Shown here one piece after another: positions 16,898 to 24,956 of a stretch of 57,958 bases of DNA. A program made the translations under genes and the position numbers. How positions within the stretch are numbered: the stretch's first letter is position 1; every line of letters starts with the position of its first letter. Source of the DNA: a virus (taxonomy: Duplodnaviria > Heunggongvirae > Uroviricota > Caudoviricetes); IMG/VR virus record IMGVR_UViG_2778261152_000005, positions 1 to 57,958 of that record. One strand, 5' to 3'. The notes beneath the pieces were generated by a model. The model was not told the DNA's origin. It saw only the letters and a list, made by a program, of their open reading frames with translations, and ran no database searches.

Positions 16898-16955
16898 GCC
16901 TCACCCCCGAGGGGAAATGTGTAAGTATTGGGGGTTGAGGTTAAGACAACGATGC

Positions 16956-16971
16956 GGTCGGAATCCTGACT
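16956..16971 (-). repeat. late-region palindrome, copy 1 (degenerate)
   Basis: ggtcggaatcctgact matches the 16-mer ggtcggaatcccgacc at 14 of 16 positions. It lies about 60 nt upstream of the holin start. Confidence 0.6.
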
Positions 16972-17051
16972 ATCCAATATGTTCACCCGGATCGAAAAAT
17001 GCTACTCTTTGTTTTTATATAACTTATGTTCAATCCATGGCGAGCTAAACT

Positions 17052-18041
17052 ATGAACCGTATTGGCTGGATCTCATTAACTAGAGTAATAGCAGTAACAT
17101 TTATCGTAATGCTGCATTCTGCCTCATTCTATTTCAATAATTTTGATATTGGTGTTTTTGGCTGGGAAGTTGGGAATCTTGGTAATGCGGTTAGTAGATG
17201 GGGGGTTCCAGTTTTCATTATGCTATCAGGGGCTTTATTACTAAATAATAACAATTCGAATGACTACGCCTCTTTTTACAAACGCAGGCTCTCTAAGATA
17301 CTTATACCACTTATTTTCTGGTCTATCTTTTATTCTGCGATATGGCTTTTCCAGAATAAAGGTGACGCCACTATTTACGAAGCTTTAATAAATATTATAA
17401 GTGGACATCCGTTCTATCATATGTGGTTTATGTATATGATTCTTGGACTATACGCATTTACACCTTTGTTCAGGAAAATTGCATCTGTAATAGAAGATAA
17501 AGAAGCAACTTACTTAATCACCACTGTATTTATGCTTTCTGCCGTATGGATAAGTAATAAATACATAGCTGATGCTCATGATCCATTGTGGTTTTTCTGG
17601 TTCATTCAATACATTCCGTATTATTTTGCGGGGTATTATATTTCAAAATCATCTAGAAACATAAAGCCGACTCTTCTATTAATTGTAACGATTATAACCG
17701 TAGCAGCCACTTTTATAGCCACACATTACGCCTCGGTACAGTTTGGTAAGACTCAATACTTCTACGAACCGTTATCCCCTTTCATTATTATAATGTCATT
17801 GTGTGTATTTTGTTTATTCAAAAGGTGGAATTCAGGATTCTCCGACTCTCTCGCAAATTTAAGTTTAGGTGTTTATTTAATTCACCCTTTCTTTTTGCTG
17901 GCCTTCTTTAAGGTGTTTAAGGGGTTTGCAATGTCGTGGCCTCTTATGGGTTTTATTTGTGCGTGGATTATTTGCACAGTACTGTCTTTTGCTTCGACCT
18001 TCATTATCAAAAAAGTTAAATATTTAAATGTGATAGTGTAG
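17052..18041 (+). CDS. acyltransferase-3 family integral membrane O-acetyltransferase (O-antigen modification moron)
   Basis: 329 aa and polytopic, with the typical start …ISLTRVIAVTFIVMLHS… and about ten TM segments. It is AT-rich and opposite in orientation to all neighbours. It is convergent with the tailspike gene. Confidence 0.8.
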   Translation: MNRIGWISLTRVIAVTFIVMLHSASFYFNNFDIGVFGWEVGNLGNAVSRWGVPVFIMLSGALLLNNNNSNDYASFYKRRLSKILIPLIFWSIFYSAIWLFQNKGDATIYEALINIISGHPFYHMWFMYMILGLYAFTPLFRKIASVIEDKEATYLITTVFMLSAVWISNKYIADAHDPLWFFWFIQYIPYYFAGYYISKSSRNIKPTLLLIVTIITVAATFIATHYASVQFGKTQYFYEPLSPFIIIMSLCVFCLFKRWNSGFSDSLANLSLGVYLIHPFFLLAFFKVFKGFAMSWPLMGFICAWIICTVLSFASTFIIKKVKYLNVIV

Positions 18042-18051
18042 TTTATTAATG

Positions 18052-18077
18052 AAGGGGGAGCAGATAACTCCCCCTTT
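18052..18077. terminator. bidirectional rho-independent terminator
   Basis: aagggggag-cagataa-ctccccctt lies between the convergent acyltransferase and tailspike genes. Confidence 0.7.
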
Positions 18078-18093
18078 GGGTATTAGAAAGAGT

Positions 18094-20034
18094 TCAGACA
18101 AAATCAACTGCGGTATATCTAGATAAAAATCCACCCATACCCGAATATGAGATATTGGCGACCAAACTTACATCCGTAACGACAGTCGTAGAATTTATTG
18201 TCGTTGTGGATTTTTTTAATGTACCAGTCGCGGTTGTTACCTGCACAGCTACAGAACTAGCCCCCTGCTGGAAAACCTGCATATTGCCAATAAACCCACT
18301 ACCTTGCGCCATTCCAAATTTGCTGTATGCAGAACCACTCACTCCCATGTAGGGATAATGATATTTAGATAAATCGGCCTGCAATGAAACAGGATATGAG
18401 ATATTCACTGAATTTGCAGATGATAACATTGATAAATTACACCGCCAATGGATGTATTTACCTACTTGCCGGGCCTGAAGTGTATTTGTTACACTAGTGT
18501 TTAAATAGGTATTGTTTTTTGGAAAGTCTACCCATCCTGAATCGAACTGTTTAATTGGTGTCTTAATTGCAATCATCCCCCCGGCTAGAGCCCGAGGGCT
18601 ACCATCTGCACTTGGCTGAAGATATACGTCATCCCAAAGTAACTGAGCACTTCCCCCACCATCTAATGCGATGGCATGATGAAATCCTTCGTTTACACAT
18701 AACTCCTGTAGTTCAGAATATAAAATACCAAATGAAGATGATTGCCCTTGCACTTGAAGTATGCCGTAGTCTCCATTTGGGAAAACACCAAATACGGTTC
18801 TTGCGCTTATATCAGTTTGTGATGATACATCCTCATACGCCACACCGTTTTTAACAAGCAAATAATGCCAACCAAAACAACACCATGCACCTTCATTGAC
18901 ATAATCTTGTGCCGTCTTATTATCTGTATATGCCGCAATGGAAACTGAACCATCTTTCAATATCAATAAAGAGTAACGTCCATGTGTTTCTGTTTCGCCG
19001 CCGTCAAAATCCTGGTATGCAACCCCCCCTGATATCTGCAGCCCCCATGGTTTATACCCAACGCCATCTGTAATATTTGAATGCCAACCATCGCCATTAC
19101 AAATAGCAGGAGCTTTACTTTTTGAAGCATTCTCTGTTATTGTCATCGGCTGAACGTACATCACGCCAGATGAAAAATAAGGAGTATTACCATACTCCTT
19201 ATTAATATTTTGGGAGCCTTTCGGCACTGTAATAACGTGATAATAAACGCCACTGGAATGGATTTTCCTAATGCACTGTGATGACCCACTGCCATTCGTG
19301 ATATATCCACTTAAATTTTCAATCCCAAGGCTCAATTCATCAAGTTCATCCTGAACCGTTGTTCCATCAACAGTTCCAATTTTTGATGCCCCCGTTGGCT
19401 TTGCCAGTTCAATCATTACATCCGTTGCGGAACCTGACTGCGGTAAAACAGTTATCGGTTTACCCGCAGCGTTAAATGCCAGTAATTTGTTCGCACGTTG
19501 ATCAACTGGCGGGAGCACGTCAACATAGCTTTCTGGTACCCGAAGTGTGCGGTTTAAATTATTCTGCCCGGTTTGCTGAACATAGCGCTTTGTTGCCGCA
19601 TCCTGGTCGTTAACCGGATCGGCAAGCTCGGAAATCCGGTACCCTTCGGCATCAAACGGCCCACCAAACAAAGGTCGACGCAGTGCCAGTCCCAGATGGA
19701 TCCCATAACGTTGAATAGCCATCCATAGACGGTCGAAATCTTTATTTACCGTATCTGCAAGCAAGTCCCCGTTATCCTGATAATCAGTTAATCTGTAACT
19801 GGGGACAACACGTTCAATCATTACAACCGTGCCGGTAGCCGGAGCCGTGAGGAACGTAACATCACCGCCACCCACATTGCCTACGCCGGAGACAGAATAA
19901 CCGGACGTTAACTCCACACCGTTAAGTGTGACCTGAATGTCACTGGCACTGATAACATAAAACTCGAAAGGAAAAACGGTCGTCAGACCGTTGGCGTTGT
20001 AAATAATATAGGGCGTCTGGTTAGGTACCGACAT
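18094..20034 (-). CDS. tailspike with conserved podovirus N-terminal anchor and a C-terminal phosphodiester-glycosidase-like (NAGPA/DUF2233-type) domain
   Basis: The N-terminus …YIIYNANGLTTVFPFEFYVISASDIQVTLNGVELTSGYSVSG…DKDFDRLWMAIQ follows the epsilon15/phiV10-type tailspike head-binding pattern. The C-terminal part contains …FHHAIALDGGGSAQLLWDD…, the LDGGGS signature of that glycosidase family. Confidence 0.75.
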   Translation of the reverse strand: MSVPNQTPYIIYNANGLTTVFPFEFYVISASDIQVTLNGVELTSGYSVSGVGNVGGGDVTFLTAPATGTVVMIERVVPSYRLTDYQDNGDLLADTVNKDFDRLWMAIQRYGIHLGLALRRPLFGGPFDAEGYRISELADPVNDQDAATKRYVQQTGQNNLNRTLRVPESYVDVLPPVDQRANKLLAFNAAGKPITVLPQSGSATDVMIELAKPTGASKIGTVDGTTVQDELDELSLGIENLSGYITNGSGSSQCIRKIHSSGVYYHVITVPKGSQNINKEYGNTPYFSSGVMYVQPMTITENASKSKAPAICNGDGWHSNITDGVGYKPWGLQISGGVAYQDFDGGETETHGRYSLLILKDGSVSIAAYTDNKTAQDYVNEGAWCCFGWHYLLVKNGVAYEDVSSQTDISARTVFGVFPNGDYGILQVQGQSSSFGILYSELQELCVNEGFHHAIALDGGGSAQLLWDDVYLQPSADGSPRALAGGMIAIKTPIKQFDSGWVDFPKNNTYLNTSVTNTLQARQVGKYIHWRCNLSMLSSANSVNISYPVSLQADLSKYHYPYMGVSGSAYSKFGMAQGSGFIGNMQVFQQGASSVAVQVTTATGTLKKSTTTINSTTVVTDVSLVANISYSGMGGFLSRYTAVDFV

Positions 20035-20054
20035 GGCTAGAACCTCTGGCAGGA

Positions 20055-21665
20055 TTAATAATCGACTTCGACCTCATGGTCTCCGTCACTTAACTGCCAA
20101 TGTTCCCGCGACTGTCCGGTCGGAATCCCGACCACTTTACCGATACGCACAGGCGTTGCACTAACCGCCCCCGCACCTGAATCAATGAAATCGTCTGGCT
20201 GTGTTGTCAGCGCCGGGTTGAAGTCACGCATTTGATCATACATTGGGCCATCCAGAACATCTGAGTGTGCCCACAAGAAACTAGACGAAAGCGGCGCTTC
20301 AAATGCGTCGAGGATGCGCTTCTGCTTATTCGTAACGCTGAATTCCTCCCTGACACCGCAGCCAGTTCCCTTAAGCGCCTGACGCAACAGCTTACCGGCG
20401 AATGACCCGGGGCCGTTTACTTCCACGCAGACAACGGGGATCTGATATTTAAGGACAAGCTCTTTAATCTGTATTACCTGACCGCCAGTTATTTTGTCAT
20501 TGGAGTCGAACTCCGCAAGGTCGCCCGTTAACGCCTGACAGATATGCCAGTAGAGGTGGCCTCGCGCATCCGTGAGTACCAGAGAAAACGCTGAAGCGTC
20601 GGCCTTCACCTTACCTGTTGCAACATCCCACCAGGCAACGGCACCGACAATCTGCACGTTACCAAGCCACATCGACGCGGTGCGGTTTGCATAGCGAATT
20701 TCCGGATGGATGTTGTACTCCCGGATGCGCTCAGGATCGAGACGAACGTCGCCAACGGGCTTGCTGTGCAGCTGATACTGGCTATCCCACTCGTTGACCG
20801 TACGACATTCTTTTCGACGCAGCTCTAACTCGTCATGATCAAATCGCTCAGGCCAGGCGCATCCGGCATAGAAATCAATAACCGTATCCGGTGCCGCAGC
20901 AAACTCCACGCCGTCGGCAGTCAGCTTATAGTCAACGTCTTCGACCAGCAGGCTGGCCGCTTTATGGATCCCTGCAAAAACGTACTCTGGCCGGAACGGA
21001 ATAACATAGCGCAGCTGCGTGGCGTCTTTCGCCTCGATGCGCTTTTCTTTCTCAAACAGCTTTATGGTCAGACAGTCAGCGCCTGCCGATTCCATTTCAT
21101 CGTAGAGGCTGTCATGTGTGTGCGGCGTACCAATAAAAAGTTTTCGCCCGCCGGGGATCAGGATGTGAGTCTGCTCGCTCAGGCGATAACGCAACTTTTC
21201 TCGCGCCTCCGGCGTCTGAATATTGCCCGGGACTTCCACGTCGTCATTCTGGCACTCGTTAGCGCGGGCGCCGGTGACGTTCGACAGGATACCTTTTGCG
21301 AACATGCTGGCGTTACGCATATCCAGCGAACCATTAACCCACCATTGTTCGACCGTGCCGATCCCGTCGGGCAACATGCCTTTTGTCAGGGGGTGGTTGC
21401 GTAAAACGTTCTGTGTATCGCGGCTGGTTTTGCGCGCTGTGGAGTCCGATTCTGACTGGTGCAGAATACGGTACTGGCGATCGCAGTAGTATCGCCAGGC
21501 ATTATAGACGCCCAAAATAGTGGATTTACCGAAACCACGGAAACAGCGAAGCACCGCGAGGTTTCCGCGATGCTCCAGCCAGTGGCAGGCTTGATAATGG
21601 CAGTCCGGAACGTCCCAGTTCATCCGCTCCGCCCACATTAAAAAGAAGGCGAGGAACGAAATCAT
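20055..21665 (-). CDS. terminase large subunit
   Basis: 536 aa with a Walker-A-like RGFGKSTILG and a C-terminal nuclease-like region. It overlaps the upstream small gene by 4 nt. Confidence 0.8.
   Translation of the reverse strand: MISFLAFFLMWAERMNWDVPDCHYQACHWLEHRGNLAVLRCFRGFGKSTILGVYNAWRYYCDRQYRILHQSESDSTARKTSRDTQNVLRNHPLTKGMLPDGIGTVEQWWVNGSLDMRNASMFAKGILSNVTGARANECQNDDVEVPGNIQTPEAREKLRYRLSEQTHILIPGGRKLFIGTPHTHDSLYDEMESAGADCLTIKLFEKEKRIEAKDATQLRYVIPFRPEYVFAGIHKAASLLVEDVDYKLTADGVEFAAAPDTVIDFYAGCAWPERFDHDELELRRKECRTVNEWDSQYQLHSKPVGDVRLDPERIREYNIHPEIRYANRTASMWLGNVQIVGAVAWWDVATGKVKADASAFSLVLTDARGHLYWHICQALTGDLAEFDSNDKITGGQVIQIKELVLKYQIPVVCVEVNGPGSFAGKLLRQALKGTGCGVREEFSVTNKQKRILDAFEAPLSSSFLWAHSDVLDGPMYDQMRDFNPALTTQPDDFIDSGAGAVSATPVRIGKVVGIPTGQSREHWQLSDGDHEVEVDY
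20118..20133 (-). repeat. late-region palindrome, copy 2 (inside the 3' end of terL)
   Basis: ggtcggaatcccgacc, about 85 nt upstream of the tailspike start codon. Confidence 0.6.
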
Positions 21666-22000
21666 TTTTCGCCTTTCTGAAGGCGTTTGATAATGGCGGC
21701 CGCTTCACGTTCAGCCTCATTGACCCGCTGACCCAGTTCGAATTCTTCATCAACTTCACCGGGTTTCGGGGGAACTCCGCCGCGTGTATGCATACCAATA
21801 AGAGAATGCACCTTAATCAGCAGCGTCAGCGAAGCCGCAGCGTTCTTCTTGTCCCAGTAGCGGTCGCCGCGCTCCTGCTTTGTCAATGCATTGACGCGTT
21901 TATTACCGCCAGCCCAGTTGTCCGGGTCGGCTTCTTCGAGCACCACGTCAGTGAGTTTATCGCTCAGAGCAGTAAGGCGTGTTTTGTAATCCTGATGCAT
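21662..22000 (-). CDS. putative terminase small subunit
   Basis: 112-aa ORF coupled (ATGA overlap) to terL, the position of T7 gp18-like small subunits. No SD is visible at the start. Confidence 0.45.
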   Translation of the reverse strand: MHQDYKTRLTALSDKLTDVVLEEADPDNWAGGNKRVNALTKQERGDRYWDKKNAAASLTLLIKVHSLIGMHTRGGVPPKPGEVDEEFELGQRVNEAEREAAAIIKRLQKGEK

Positions 22001-22046
22001 AAAAAAGCCCCGTAGTGAATACAGGGCTATGATGGCGCGGGTTTGA

Positions 22047-22062
22047 GGTCGGAATCCCGACC
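22047..22062 (-). repeat. late-region palindrome, copy 3
   Basis: ggtcggaatcccgacc lies between the 968-aa gene stop (22065) and the small-terminase start (22000). Confidence 0.6.
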
Positions 22063-22064
22063 GA

Positions 22065-24956
22065 TTACCGCATACCAGGATCTACCTGATTTATCAGCGG
22101 CGCAATCCAGAAAAGATTGTTCCCTGGCAGCAGGGTACGCACGTTGTGCAGAACACGATCACCAGCATCGCCATTCAGCACTCCAGCGGTCACGTCGGTG
22201 ATGGTATCTAACAAGCCAAACGTCGGGCCGAGTGCGGAACCGATAAAACCACGGCTGGCGTAACGCGACTGTGTGCCGGTGCCGAGCAGCGCTCCCAGCC
22301 CGACCATACCACCGGAAGCTTTTTCAGCCATGTTGTTGTATTCCATTAGTGGGCCGAGAATGCCGGAGCGGTCAACACCCTCTATCACCAGTTTTTCAGG
22401 CGACCAGTCAACCTCACGCCCGTTAGCGGTTTCTTTCAGTGCATACGTCAGCGAGCCCAGCCCTATCTGGAATGCGGTACCGTAGTAAAACTGCGCCGAC
22501 CCTTCCTGTAACCCGCCCAGCGTTGCACGGTTGTATGACGCCGTAGCAAACGATTTAAACTGGAAAACCGTTTTGCCAAGCGGTGTGCTGGCCCACAGAG
22601 GCGTATCGCCAATGCCGGGGGTGATAACAGTATTGTTAACGTCTTTCAGCACAGCAGACTGAAACACGCCGGCGACATGCTGATCGTCCCATTTTTCAAA
22701 ATTACCAATATGCCAGCCGTCAATCACCTCGCCGTGCTTCTGAAATTCAGTGCGGATACGCGCGGCCATATTGTCGTTAATGCCGAGCTTCGCCAGGCGA
22801 CGGCCTGCGAACGAACCGGAAAGAATACCGTCAGACGTGATCATGCCGTTAACCGATTTGTTCATATCGTCGAAATGCCCCATCAGCGTGAGCTTGCCGA
22901 ACATATCGGTAACGCGCTCCATACCGGCTTCCACCGCTGTGGTACGTGCGGAACTGTCCACCAGATCGCCCATCGTACGCGCGCGGGTATGCAGTATTGT
23001 TTCCAGCCCCACGGCCATCTTTTTCTGTTCGGCTTTACTCGCAACCCATGCAGGGGATTTGGTTATCATAGCGCCATAGCCGCGCGTAACATTGCGGAAT
23101 CCGTTCACCATCACGCCACGCGCCAGATCAGGTATTGCCGACACAGTCATACCCCCCAGTTTGGTGGCAAAGTTAGCACTGCGCAGAAACGCACCGGCGC
23201 GAACAAAGAACGACGACGGATCGTCGGGCATACCGTACGTACCGACAAGGCGGTCGCGCAACGCAGTAATATCGCGCAGGTCGTTATCGCGGGCTTTTGC
23301 CAGTTTTGCCTGATCTTTGGGGCGGGAACGCATCAACGCGTCGTACTCGTCCTGGATATCCTTAAGCTGTTTTTCCAGCGTCTTGTTACCAAAAGTGCGG
23401 GTCAGCTCAACCTCTGCGGACGCTTCGCGAATATGGCGCTGCAGGACATAGTTGGCGTCACTCTCCAGGTAGTCTTTCATCAGGCGATCGGGAACACTGA
23501 GCGTACGGCCTTTGGTGCTGCCAGCAGATTTGACCATAAACACATTAGCGAAATCCTGCGGGATTTTGGCACCCACAATTTTGTTAATAGTGGCGTCCGC
23601 CGTAATTTCGGCCTCTTCTCTGGACATGGTTTTTTCGCCGCGCGACCACCAGTCAACCAACATGTCGCGGAATTTATCGCGCTCGTTGACGATTTTCCCG
23701 ACCTTGTACACGCGCGGGAAATAGCTGGTCTGCCCGATGGCCTTCAGTTCTTCATCCGGTGGTAACAGTCCTAGTTTCTGCTGTGCCACCTTCACACGGT
23801 TAACGACGGTGCGCATTGCCTGCGCCGTTTCCTGCACTACCGGGTTGGCATGTACATCACCGCTGCGCATGGCGCTACCCACTTCTTCACGGAACGACGC
23901 AAAACTCAGGTCACCGCCGTCAGCCTTATATTTTGCATACGCCTGTTTGTTGGTCACGACTACCGCTGCTTCTTCACGGCGCCAGCCGCGAACGCGGGTT
24001 TCCGCTGCAATGGGTGTTTCAATACCACGCGCATTCCCCTGGAGCGTGAAGTTATTCTCTGCCAGCTCCAGCGCTGTACGGCGTGCTGTTTTTGAAGGGG
24101 ATTCTATCAGGCGGGTGATCGGCGTCAGGTAACTGCCTGCCTTGCGCGCGGCCTTGCCGAATGGCCCCCCCGCAACCGGGGTTAAATCTTCGAGTGTCGC
24201 TTCGCGGATCCGCGCTGCGCCCACACTCCCCCCATCAGGAAGCGAAGCCGCAGCGGTATCCACCGGCGATGTTACGCTCATATTATCGAGCGCCTCCGCC
24301 ACTTCCCGCGTGGCCGCAGTGCGAACAGAAGGTGAGAGCGCCGCGCCAGCAGCAGCAAATACGCCACTCATCAACGCACCAGCTGCGACGTGGGAAGCAC
24401 TTTCGCCCCACGTACGAGTGATCTGCTGGTTATTCAGCGCAACTTCGCTCGCTGCGGTTGCAGCCGCACCGATTGCAACCTGTGACGCAATGCGCGCTGC
24501 CGCACCGCCCTGTGCGCCGGGGATAAACATAGATGCGACGGTAACCGGGTCGACAACGCCCGCAGCAATACTGGCTAACACACCCTCACCGCCAGCCTCA
24601 GAAAGCACGCGGCGGTCTTCGTTTTCATCGTCAATCTGCTGTTTCAGCCAGGCTGTTTCTTCCGGAGAGCGGGAATCCGCAAACGCCGCCCCCCATTGTT
24701 CGTACCCGTGCAGCTCGTTTTTATCCGTATATGGGTTATACCCTTCAACCGGCTCAAACTGCTTAGCCGGTCGGAACATCTGACCCAGCAGGTTATTCTG
24801 GCGGAATGCAGCGCCCCACACCGACGGCTCGTCCTGCTGAGGTGCCGGGTTGGTTCCTTCTGGCAATGGGACATCAAATCCGGATGATGCCGCCAGCACA
24901 TTACCTGCCGGGATGAATCCGTTATTCAATTCTTCAGGAGTGGCGTATACCGGCAT
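22065..24956 (-). CDS. large internal virion / DNA-ejection protein (T7 gp16-position)
   Basis: About 963 aa, last of three consecutive internal-virion-type genes. The start at 24956 forms a TAATG overlap with the upstream stop. The track ORF starts at 24971. Confidence 0.6.
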   Translation of the reverse strand: MPVYATPEELNNGFIPAGNVLAASSGFDVPLPEGTNPAPQQDEPSVWGAAFRQNNLLGQMFRPAKQFEPVEGYNPYTDKNELHGYEQWGAAFADSRSPEETAWLKQQIDDENEDRRVLSEAGGEGVLASIAAGVVDPVTVASMFIPGAQGGAAARIASQVAIGAAATAASEVALNNQQITRTWGESASHVAAGALMSGVFAAAGAALSPSVRTAATREVAEALDNMSVTSPVDTAAASLPDGGSVGAARIREATLEDLTPVAGGPFGKAARKAGSYLTPITRLIESPSKTARRTALELAENNFTLQGNARGIETPIAAETRVRGWRREEAAVVVTNKQAYAKYKADGGDLSFASFREEVGSAMRSGDVHANPVVQETAQAMRTVVNRVKVAQQKLGLLPPDEELKAIGQTSYFPRVYKVGKIVNERDKFRDMLVDWWSRGEKTMSREEAEITADATINKIVGAKIPQDFANVFMVKSAGSTKGRTLSVPDRLMKDYLESDANYVLQRHIREASAEVELTRTFGNKTLEKQLKDIQDEYDALMRSRPKDQAKLAKARDNDLRDITALRDRLVGTYGMPDDPSSFFVRAGAFLRSANFATKLGGMTVSAIPDLARGVMVNGFRNVTRGYGAMITKSPAWVASKAEQKKMAVGLETILHTRARTMGDLVDSSARTTAVEAGMERVTDMFGKLTLMGHFDDMNKSVNGMITSDGILSGSFAGRRLAKLGINDNMAARIRTEFQKHGEVIDGWHIGNFEKWDDQHVAGVFQSAVLKDVNNTVITPGIGDTPLWASTPLGKTVFQFKSFATASYNRATLGGLQEGSAQFYYGTAFQIGLGSLTYALKETANGREVDWSPEKLVIEGVDRSGILGPLMEYNNMAEKASGGMVGLGALLGTGTQSRYASRGFIGSALGPTFGLLDTITDVTAGVLNGDAGDRVLHNVRTLLPGNNLFWIAPLINQVDPGMR

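Noticed and set aside
22677-23765. 362-aa plus-strand ORF, and many similar long ORFs antisense to the virion and primase genes (for example 24142-24783, 31352-32119, 34867-35625, 36633-37400, 36815-37747, 37905-38510, 44687-45382, 45651-46184)
   Set aside because: They lie entirely inside, and antisense or out of frame to, genes with clear motifs in a GC-rich prophage. Their translations are Arg/Ala/Ser/Pro-rich low-complexity sequence with no SD or coupling. They are typical shadow ORFs of high-GC coding DNA.
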